NCBI GenBank assembly: GCA_964598885.1
Contig: CAZRES010000004.1
Location: 5,545 to 69,544, forward strand
Direction: 5' to 3'
From: an uncultured Desulfobacteraceae bacterium
GTDB taxonomy: Bacteria > Desulfobacterota > Desulfobacteria > Desulfobacterales > Desulfosalsimonadaceae
DNA: 64,000 bases
Part shown: in pieces, positions 20,444 through 27,436 of the stretch
Layout of the letters: each line of letters opens with the position of its first letter
Position numbering within the stretch: position 1 is the first letter of the stretch
The notes under the pieces: model-generated
Seen by the model: the letters and a program-made list of their open reading frames with translations, nothing else
Database searches by the model: none
Told to the model about the DNA's origin: nothing
Made by a program: the position numbers and the translations under genes

Positions 20444-21088
20444 ATGAAATTTTTTATTGATACGGCCAATGTCGATGAAATCCGGGAAGCCAACAACATG
20501 GGCATGGTCGACGGCGTCACCACCAACCCGTCGCTGATTGCCCGGGAAGGCAGGGATTTCAAGGAAATCATCACCGATATCTGCAACATTGTCGACGGTC
20601 CGGTCAGCGCCGAAGTCATCTGCCTCGATGAAGAGGGCATGGTTACGGAAGCACGGGACCTGGCGGCCATACATAAAAACATCGTGGTCAAAATTCCCAT
20701 GACCGTCGATGGACTAAAGGCGGTTAAGACTCTTGCCGAAGAAGGCATCAGCACCAATGTGACGCTCGTGTTTTCGCCCCTGCAAGCCCTGATGGCCGCA
20801 AAGGCGGGGGCGACGTATGTCAGCCCGTTTATCGGCCGGCTGGATGATTTGTCCCAGGACGGGATGAATCTGGTGGAACAGATCGTCTCCATTTACGACA
20901 ATTATGATTTTGTGACTGAAATTATTGTGGCCAGTGTGCGAAATCCGCTGCATGTTCTGGATGCGGCGCTCATGGGAGCCGATATCGCCACGATTCCGTT
21001 TAATGTGCTGTCGAAGCTGGCCGGGCATCCCTTAACGGACAAAGGAATCGCGGCCTTTCTGGCCGACTGGGAAAAAGCCTGCAAATAA
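20444..21088 (+). CDS. tal: Short-type transaldolase / fructose-6-phosphate aldolase family protein
   Basis: 214-aa ORF with [31 protein letters not shown] and VKIPMT (Schiff-base Lys region). Confidence 0.9.
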   Translation: MKFFIDTANVDEIREANNMGMVDGVTTNPSLIAREGRDFKEIITDICNIVDGPVSAEVICLDEEGMVTEARDLAAIHKNIVVKIPMTVDGLKAVKTLAEEGISTNVTLVFSPLQALMAAKAGATYVSPFIGRLDDLSQDGMNLVEQIVSIYDNYDFVTEIIVASVRNPLHVLDAALMGADIATIPFNVLSKLAGHPLTDKGIAAFLADWEKACK

Positions 21089-21103
21089 ATCGGGGATGTT
21101 CAC

Positions 21104-21736
21104 ATGGAATGGAAAAAAAAGCTGATATCCGTCATTGCTCATCCCAACAGTCTGACGCTGTTTCGGGTAGGCGCCGTGCCGTTGCTGGTGCTGCTGCTGA
21201 TGTGGTCCGCCCATATCAACGAGGCGCTGGCGGCAGCGGTTGTTGCCGGAAAAAGCGGGGTTGCCCTCACGAGGCTGGACCGGATCATCGGGCTGATGGC
21301 CGCCGCGGTTTTCAGCGCCGCGGCCATTACCGATTATTTTGACGGTTATTTTGCCCGGCGGTTCGGCCTGGTGTCCAACCTGGGCAAGATCATGGACCCT
21401 CTGGCGGACAAACTGCTGGTTTCATGCGCCTTTATCATGTTGATTCCTCTTGACCGGGTCCCGGCTTGGATGATCTGCGTTATTATCGGCCGGGAACTGG
21501 CCGTGACCGGGCTTCGCAATCTTATCAGCGCCCAGGGCGATGACCCCTCGGCCTCTTGGCTGGGCAAATTCAAAACCGGTTTCCAGATCGCTGCGGCGAT
21601 TCCATTGCTGATCCATTATCCCTATTTCGGCGTTGACCTGCATGTGGTCGGTTATGTGCTGCTCTGGATCGCCATGATGTTCACTCTCTGGTCGGGAATC
21701 GATTATTTCGTGCGGTTCCGCCGTTTACTTCAATGA
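21104..21736 (+). CDS. pgsA: CDP-diacylglycerol--glycerol-3-phosphate 3-phosphatidyltransferase
   Basis: 210-aa ORF carrying the CDP-alcohol phosphatidyltransferase motif DYFDGYFARRFGLVSNLGKIMDPLADK. An extra segment of about 30 aa lies between the first hydrophobic helix and the motif. Confidence 0.85.
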   Translation: MEWKKKLISVIAHPNSLTLFRVGAVPLLVLLLMWSAHINEALAAAVVAGKSGVALTRLDRIIGLMAAAVFSAAAITDYFDGYFARRFGLVSNLGKIMDPLADKLLVSCAFIMLIPLDRVPAWMICVIIGRELAVTGLRNLISAQGDDPSASWLGKFKTGFQIAAAIPLLIHYPYFGVDLHVVGYVLLWIAMMFTLWSGIDYFVRFRRLLQ

Positions 21737-21770
21737 TCTATGCTGCCAACGACAGGAACGGAGGAAAGGT

Positions 21771-22769
21771 ATGGCAAAAGACATTTATGAACAGATGACC
21801 GATAAAATCATGCTCACGGGTTCGAAACTCATCCCGGACCTGTTCCGCATGATCGCCGACGAGGAGGAGGCCCGCCTGCTCATGGCCATGCCCGGAACTC
21901 CCGAGCAGCTAACGGAAAAAACCGGGCGCTCCCTGGCCGATATTGAGAAAAGCTGTCGCCTGCTTTATCAAAAGGGCCTGGCTTTCAAATCACTCAAGGG
22001 CGGGACCGTGGGATATAAAATGTGCCGGGACATGATCCAGTTTCATGACGCCACCATTCTCTGGGCGGATGCTCCCCAGGCCTATCTGGATCTCTGGCAG
22101 CGGTTCATGGAAGAGGAATGGCCCATGTTCGCGCGCCTGGCCGAGCAGTTTTTCCCCAAGGCCTTCACCCGGGTCATCCCCGTGGACCAGTCTCTTGATC
22201 CTGACAACCAGCAGGTGCTTGACGCGGACAGTGCCCGTAAGATCATCACCGATGCCGAGGTCATTGCCGTTACCCGATGCACGTGCCGGGTCATCGCCCA
22301 TAAATGCGATATGCCTTTAGAGGTCTGCCTCCAAGTGGGCAACGCGGCCCGATACACCATCGACCGGGACTCCGGCCGGGAAGTCAGCGCCGAAGAAGCC
22401 TTTGACATTCTTGATTTGTGCGAGGAAAAGGGCCTGGTCCACGTTACCATGAATCGTTCCCATGCCGGGCATTTCATCTGCAACTGCTGCTCGTGCTGCT
22501 GCCAGGCCCTGCCGCTGGTGATTTCCGAAGGGCTTAAAATTCTCGATCCCAGCCGCTTTTTGGCGGAAATTGATTCCGAACTTTGCAGCGGATGTGAAAC
22601 CTGCCTGGATCGCTGCCGGTTCAACGCCATTGAAACTGCGGGTGACCAAACTACCATCATGCATGTGATCGCGGAAAAATGCATGGGATGCGGTCTGTGC
22701 CAGATCACCTGCCCGGAATCGGCGATTTCATTGAAGGCGATAAGACCGGCGGATTTTATTCCCGCATGA
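21771..22769 (+). CDS. Uncharacterised Fe-S protein (two C-terminal 4Fe-4S ferredoxin motifs plus a CNCCSCCC cluster)
   Basis: 332-aa ORF with CSGCETCLDRC and CMGCGLCQITCP ferredoxin motifs, additional CTCRVIAHKC and HFICNCCSCCCQ Cys clusters, and a helical N-terminal region. Confidence 0.7.
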   Translation: MAKDIYEQMTDKIMLTGSKLIPDLFRMIADEEEARLLMAMPGTPEQLTEKTGRSLADIEKSCRLLYQKGLAFKSLKGGTVGYKMCRDMIQFHDATILWADAPQAYLDLWQRFMEEEWPMFARLAEQFFPKAFTRVIPVDQSLDPDNQQVLDADSARKIITDAEVIAVTRCTCRVIAHKCDMPLEVCLQVGNAARYTIDRDSGREVSAEEAFDILDLCEEKGLVHVTMNRSHAGHFICNCCSCCCQALPLVISEGLKILDPSRFLAEIDSELCSGCETCLDRCRFNAIETAGDQTTIMHVIAEKCMGCGLCQITCPESAISLKAIRPADFIPA

Positions 22770-22786
22770 ATCAGCACATTTTTTTG

Positions 22787-22815
22787 TTGACATTTGGTGC
22801 CCGGATCATTAATTT
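22787..22815 (+). promoter_or_regulatory. Putative sigma70-type promoter for the tRNA-Gly/tRNA-Cys pair
   Basis: The -35 is ttgaca (22787-22792), followed by a 17-nt spacer and a -10 taattt (22810-22815), 16 nt before the tRNA-Gly 5' end. Confidence 0.5.
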
Positions 22816-22830
22816 ACACTCTCTGATTGA

Positions 22831-22905
22831 GCGGGAATAACTCAGTGGTAGAGTGCGACCTTGCCAAGGTCGAAGTCGCGAGTTCGAATCTCGTTTCCCG
22901 CTCCA
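22831..22905 (+). tRNA. tRNA-Gly (anticodon GCC), CCA encoded
   Basis: The cloverleaf can be read by eye. The acceptor is gcgggaa/ttcccgc, the D arm actc-agtggta-gagt, the anticodon stem cgacc/ggtcg with loop ttGCCaa, and the T arm has ttcgaat. The 3' end is tcca. Confidence 0.95.
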
Positions 22906-22914
22906 TTTTTTTTA

Positions 22915-22989
22915 GGCGGCATAGCCAAGTGGTAAGGCAACGGCCTGCAAAGCCGATATTCTCCGGTTCGAATCCGGATGCCGCCTCCA
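22915..22989 (+). tRNA. tRNA-Cys (anticodon GCA), CCA encoded
   Basis: The acceptor is ggcggca/tgccgcc, the anticodon loop ctGCAaa, and the T arm tccgg-ttcgaat-ccgga. The 3' end is tcca. Confidence 0.95.
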
Positions 22990-23243
22990 TATCTCCCTCC
23001 TAATTTCAATCAGTTATATTTTTCAGACACCCCAAAAAGGTTTGTCCAAAGCGAATTATTTGTTTTGGCGCGATTGGATATTCACGACATCAGCTTTACC
23101 CTTTTTATGAGGTATTGACATACTTTCGGAGGATAAACCCCACGGGCACGGCTTAAAACATTCCATTGCTTTTCGCGTGGAAGAATCCGGGGTGGATTTT
23201 AAAAGCGTATGGGGGCGGGTACCCATCATGATCAAAAGCAGAT

Positions 23244-23319
23244 GAAGTTCCACGACGCCCTTGGTCGTGCGGAACTTCGCCAAGGGATAACATGTTCCAT
23301 CATAACGATATGATGGAAC
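23244..23319. repeat. Cluster of overlapping or alternative hairpins in a non-coding A/T-richer spacer
   Basis: Hairpin A is gaagttccacgac (23244-23256) with gtcgtgcggaacttc (23264-23278), one bulge. Hairpin B, which overlaps A, is cccttgg (23258-23264) with ccaaggg (23280-23286). Hairpin C is gttccatcat (23294-23303) with atgatggaac (23310-23319). Confidence 0.8.
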
Positions 23320-23557
23320 TGTCGGGGGGAAAAAACAGTTTATTTTAGAAGCGGAATTTGTGTTTTTCGGGAGCCGCCATCTGGCAGATGCCGAGGGTGT
23401 CATAAAACAGTTCTTAGAACAACAACTGCCATGATCTATGGGAGTTGGTAAGGGCCTCGTTTATCGAATTACTAACGAAAATTGGTTTTTGGACCAGAGT
23501 GACATAATAAATAATATTGATTTTTCAGTCTATTGTAAAACTAATTAAAATTCGAAC

Positions 23558-23585
23558 TTGACATTCATACGATATTGGTTAAAAT
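23558..23585 (+). promoter_or_regulatory. Putative sigma70-type promoter upstream of the ComEA-like gene
   Basis: The -35 is ttgaca (23558-23563), followed by a 16-nt spacer and a -10 taaaat (23580-23585), in an A/T-rich tract about 105 nt upstream of the ATG. Confidence 0.45.
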
Positions 23586-23690
23586 CCCGGAACATTCACT
23601 GCCCGTGTTCATATCCAAAGTGGGCGTTTTCAGGAGGCGGCATCATCGGTTTTATCAAACTTCATATTTCATATGAAAGGAGAACTTCTT

Positions 23691-24020
23691 ATGAAGAAAT
23701 TGATTAAAATCTCCGTAAGTATCATGCTTTTCGGATTTTTGCTGGCAATGGTCGGCTCTGCATGGGCCGCCGATCATGGAGGTAAGGTCAATATCAATAC
23801 CGCGACACTGGAAGAGCTGACGTCGTTGAAAGGTGTGGGAGAAGCCCTGGCTCAGCGGATTATTGATTATCGAAAGGAATCGGGACCCTTTGCGGACGCC
23901 CAGGATCTGCTCAACGTCAAGGGAATTGGACCCAAAATTCTATCCAATAATTTAGACAAGATTACTATCGGTGATGCCGTTAAAGAAGCTGAAGAACAAG
24001 CAACGGAGGAAGATCAATAA
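23691..24020 (+). CDS. ComEA-family helix-hairpin-helix DNA-binding protein (secreted or periplasmic)
   Basis: The ATG at 23691 follows aaggag. There is a signal peptide ([26 protein letters not shown]), then [51 protein letters not shown], which is a tandem HhH. Confidence 0.85.
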   Translation: MKKLIKISVSIMLFGFLLAMVGSAWAADHGGKVNINTATLEELTSLKGVGEALAQRIIDYRKESGPFADAQDLLNVKGIGPKILSNNLDKITIGDAVKEAEEQATEEDQ

Positions 24021-24071
24021 TTTCCGGGACTGAGTCAGCCGGATAAACATGGTCGAGATGCCGTTCCTGTC

Positions 24072-24118
24072 GCAACCAAAAAACCCGGGGCAGATGCTGC
24101 CCCGGGTTTTTTGGTTGC
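24072..24118. terminator. Bidirectional intrinsic terminator
   Basis: gcaaccaaaaaacccggggcag / ctgccccgggttttttggttgc is a GC-rich stem flanked by an A-run and a T-run. It lies between the convergent ComEA-like gene (+) and the small Cys-rich ORF (-). Confidence 0.75.
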
Positions 24119-24314
24119 ATGGGAGGATTCTGGGATTAGAAGGTAAACTTCAGCATAAACAGCATTTGCTAACTTTTTTCATCCATGATTTCATTTGCTT
24201 GCATGATTTATAAAAGGGGAAGCGAGGATGTGCCGATAGTGGTGAAAGGACAGACGCCGCCAAAAAGTTCATCTGTCCATACAGTGGTGGGACATACCAT
24301 CTCGCAATGAGCCG

Positions 24315-24494
24315 TCAATAAGTCGAATATCTGCCGGAACAGGAAATTCCCCGGGCCAGAAGTATCCGGATTTTATCCAAAAGTCCGCATTGCTCCGCAC
24401 ACTGAGGCAGACTTTTACTATGGACGCAATTTCTGCAGGGACTCTTGACCAGGTATCCGATTTCAAAATCAAATTTATCGCGTTTAATGATCAT
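24315..24494 (-). CDS. Candidate 59-aa cysteine-rich (zinc-ribbon-like) protein, below the length cut-off of the ORF track
   Basis: My own translation of the minus strand gives MIIKRDKFDFEIGYLVKSPCRNCVHSKSLPQCAEQCGLLDKIRILLARGISCSGRYSTY*. It has six Cys, including CxxC and CxxxC. It overlaps the listed 67-aa ORF (24269..24472) in another frame. It is divergent from the DUF2760/Hsp70 operon. Confidence 0.4.
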   Translation of the reverse strand: MIIKRDKFDFEIGYLVKSPCRNCVHSKSLPQCAEQCGLLDKIRILLARGISCSGRYSTY

Positions 24495-24746
24495 TTTGTT
24501 TCTTCCGATGGGATATGTTTAAAATTACATAATTAACATACCATCTAATGTGAATCAATGAAATTTCAGGATGGCGGTTTTTATCCGGCATGAGGTTCTG
24601 TCTCCCCCCGGAAACGCGAAGACGGACGGCGTAGCGGAAAAGATCCTTGACTCATGGAACGAATGATTTTAATTAATTGCCTCTGCAATGAAGCGTCCAC
24701 CATCGCGCGTTTTTAACGAAGAAAAATCACAACCCGGGAGAAACAC

Positions 24747-25580
24747 ATGAGTGTCGTGAAATCATATTCCAGGCGGATTTTGTTCTGGTGCCTCATATTT
24801 TTCATTATTGTTGCCATGATCGTGATGTTTGCCGGTTATGCGGCATGGCGTTTTCTTTTTTCATCGCTGCCCATGCCGGTACTTTATGAGGCGGCGGCGG
24901 GGAACCCTGATTTTCAGAAGGGATTGGATCAGATCCGGCCCTGGATCGATTATGCCGGACATTTTTTTATTCCATTGACCGGAGGAATTTGTTTGCTGCT
25001 GGCTCTGATTTTCTGGCTGATTCTGCGCCGCTCCATTTCTAACGTCGCGTTTCGGGAGGGAATGGCCGCCGGCAAAGATGCCGGAAAAATAAAGGTGCCC
25101 CCGGATCGCGCCAAACCGAAAAGAGACGCGGCCGAACGTTCGGTACCCGATGATGCCGGTCCTGAAGTCCGGGAATCGGAGGCAGACCGGCAGGCCCGCA
25201 TGCAGCGTCTTTATCTGCATCTGCTTTCCGTGTTTCAACGGGAAGGACGAATGGTGGATTTTTTTACCGAGGATTTAACCCCGTATGATGATGCCCAGAT
25301 CGGGGTGGCGGTACGCAACATTCATGAAAACTGCGCCAAGACCCTTCAGAAATATTTAAAGCCGAAGGCCGTTATTGAAAAACAGGAGGGGGAGGAGATC
25401 CGTGTGCCCAAAAATTTTGATGTGGATGCCATTAAACTGACCGGCAATGTATCCGGTGAGCCGCCTTTTAACGGAATTCTGCGCCACAGGGGATGGCAGG
25501 CCGGCCGGATTGAAGTGCCGGTGCTCAATCCCGGTCATAACCCTCGGATCATCGCCCCGGCAGAGGTGGAAATTTTATAA
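24747..25580 (+). CDS. Membrane protein with a C-terminal DUF2760-like domain
   Basis: 277-aa ORF with two hydrophobic helices (ILFWCLIFFIIVAMIVMFAGYAAW; FFIPLTGGICLLLALIFWLIL) and a charged linker. The C-terminal part is RLYLHLLSVFQREGRMVDFFTEDLTPYDDAQIGVAVRNIHENC...LTGNVSGEPPFNGILRHRGWQA. Confidence 0.75.
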   Translation: MSVVKSYSRRILFWCLIFFIIVAMIVMFAGYAAWRFLFSSLPMPVLYEAAAGNPDFQKGLDQIRPWIDYAGHFFIPLTGGICLLLALIFWLILRRSISNVAFREGMAAGKDAGKIKVPPDRAKPKRDAAERSVPDDAGPEVRESEADRQARMQRLYLHLLSVFQREGRMVDFFTEDLTPYDDAQIGVAVRNIHENCAKTLQKYLKPKAVIEKQEGEEIRVPKNFDVDAIKLTGNVSGEPPFNGILRHRGWQAGRIEVPVLNPGHNPRIIAPAEVEIL

Positions 25581-25604
25581 GTTACATAGTAATGGAGCAG
25601 AGAT

Positions 25605-27422
25605 TTGACTGAGCCTTTTTATATCATCGGAATTGACCTGGGCACCACCAATAGCGTGGTGGCCTACACTCCCATCATTATTAACCCGGAGGTCCCGGAT
25701 AGCTCGGATCGCATTAAAATTTTAGATATTCCTCAGTTTGTGGATGCCGGAGCAATAGAAGAGCGTCCGGTGCTTCCGTCCTATATTTATGCTCCGAGTG
25801 TCCATGAAGCATCGAATGGAGCGTTTTCCCTGCCGTGGGACCCGGAAAACACCATGATCATCGGTGAATATGCCCGGCAGCGCGGGGCAGAAGTTCCGCA
25901 GCGCATGATTGCCTCAGCTAAATCCTGGCTCTGCCATACCATGATCGATCGAAACAAGGCGGTGCTGCCATGGGAGCGTCCCGATGAGGTCCCGGGATTT
26001 TCACCGGTAGAAGCATCGGCCGCGATCCTCGGTCATATCCGCCAGGCCTGGAATTTCCGGATGGCCGGCGGGGATCCAAACCTGAACATGGAACATCAGG
26101 AAATTTTTCTGACCGTGCCCGCTTCTTTTGACGCCGTAGCCAGGGAGCTGACGGTTCGAGCCGCGGAAATGGCCGGGCTGCCGCGTATTACGCTGCTGGA
26201 GGAGCCCCAGGCCGCTTTTTACGCATGGATTGCCTCTTCAGGAGATCAATGGCGGGGAAAAGTCCGCAAAGGGGATTTGGTCATCGTTTGCGACATCGGC
26301 GGCGGCACGGCTGATTTCAGTCTCATCCGGGTTTCCGAGGACAACGGTGAACTGGCCCTGGAGCGGATCGCCGTGGGAGATCACCTTCTGGTGGGCGGCG
26401 ACAATATGGACCTTGCACTGGCGTATCACGTATCCCGCAAAATGGCCGATGCCGGCACCCGTCTGGATTCCTGGCAGATGCGGGGGCTGGTGCAGAACTG
26501 CCGGTCGGCCAAGGAAGTGATGCTGTCTGATGCGGCCGTTTCCGAGTATCCGTTGACCATTCTGGGCCGGGGGAGCAGCCTGATCGGCGGCACGCTGAAA
26601 ACCTCCCTGGCGCCCACCGAGGTCGATACGCTGATGATGGACGGATTTTTCCCGTATTGCCGGTTCGATGAGACGCCCAAAAACGCATCACGGATGGGAC
26701 TCAAGGAAGCCGGGCTTTCCTATGAAGCCGATCCGGCCATCACCCGGCATTTGGCCCGGTTTCTGCACCGGCAGAAATCCGACGCCGATTCGGATGGCAG
26801 CCGTATCCCCACGGCGATACTGTTCAACGGCGGCGTGATGAAGGCTGCCTCTCTCCGGGAACGGATCATCCGCGCCATTGATTCCTGGCGCCCCGCGGGG
26901 TCCGAATCTGCGGTTCGGGAGATTCTCGCCCGGGATACGGATTTAGCCGTGGCAAGAGGCGCCGCCTATTACGGCATGGCCCGCCGCGGTTCCGGCATCC
27001 GGATCCGCGGCGGTCTCGGCAAATCCTATTATATCGGCGTGGCCGCATCCATGCCGGCGGTTCCCGGCATGCCGGCCCCGGTCAAGGCTCTTTGCGTGGC
27101 CCCGTTCGGAATGGAGGAAGGGAGCCACGCCCAAATCCAGGACCGGGAATTTGTTCTGGTGGTGGGCGAACCCGTGCGTTTCGACTTTTTGGGGTCCTCC
27201 GTTCGGAAAACCGACGCCATCGGCGATGTTGTCGAGGACTGGCAGGGAGACATTGGAGAGATCACCACCGTGGAAACCACTCTTGATGGCGAAACCGGCG
27301 GCATCGTCCGGGTAAATATCGAGATCAGCGTAACCGAAATCGGCACCATTGAACTCTGGTGCGCATCCCAGGATGATGAACAACGGTGGAAACTCGAATT
27401 CAACGTGCGGGAACAGGTCTGA
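25605..27422 (+). CDS. Non-canonical Hsp70-family ATPase (short paralogue)
   Basis: 605-aa ORF with a TTG start after ggag. Hsp70/actin-fold motifs are IGIDLGTTNSVVAY, VCDIGGGTADFSLI and LFNGGVMK. It has no DnaK-type substrate-binding domain. Its private C-terminal beta-rich module ends IELWCASQDDEQRWKLEFNVR. Confidence 0.9.
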   Translation: MTEPFYIIGIDLGTTNSVVAYTPIIINPEVPDSSDRIKILDIPQFVDAGAIEERPVLPSYIYAPSVHEASNGAFSLPWDPENTMIIGEYARQRGAEVPQRMIASAKSWLCHTMIDRNKAVLPWERPDEVPGFSPVEASAAILGHIRQAWNFRMAGGDPNLNMEHQEIFLTVPASFDAVARELTVRAAEMAGLPRITLLEEPQAAFYAWIASSGDQWRGKVRKGDLVIVCDIGGGTADFSLIRVSEDNGELALERIAVGDHLLVGGDNMDLALAYHVSRKMADAGTRLDSWQMRGLVQNCRSAKEVMLSDAAVSEYPLTILGRGSSLIGGTLKTSLAPTEVDTLMMDGFFPYCRFDETPKNASRMGLKEAGLSYEADPAITRHLARFLHRQKSDADSDGSRIPTAILFNGGVMKAASLRERIIRAIDSWRPAGSESAVREILARDTDLAVARGAAYYGMARRGSGIRIRGGLGKSYYIGVAASMPAVPGMPAPVKALCVAPFGMEEGSHAQIQDREFVLVVGEPVRFDFLGSSVRKTDAIGDVVEDWQGDIGEITTVETTLDGETGGIVRVNIEISVTEIGTIELWCASQDDEQRWKLEFNVREQV

Positions 27423-27436
27423 CGGGAAGATTCAGC

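Noticed and set aside
23056-23403. 115-aa minus-strand ORF with fragments faintly reminiscent of an IS200/IS605 or RAYT HUH transposase (ELHLLLI, YRYDG)
   Set aside because: The spacing between the putative motifs is far too short for a real Y1 transposase. The ORF is riddled with stable hairpins and has an odd composition. At best it is a badly decayed relic, so I report it only as part of the non-coding hairpin region.
23633-23644. 12-nt match (ggaggcggcatc) to the reverse complement of the tRNA-Cys 3' end, considered as a possible att site of an integrated island
   Set aside because: It is in inverted rather than direct orientation and only 12 nt long. No integrase gene is present. It is most likely chance.
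24269-24472. Listed 67-aa minus-strand ORF
   Set aside because: Its composition is unconvincing and it has no RBS. The overlapping 59-aa Cys-rich frame (24315-24494) is the better candidate, although neither is proven.
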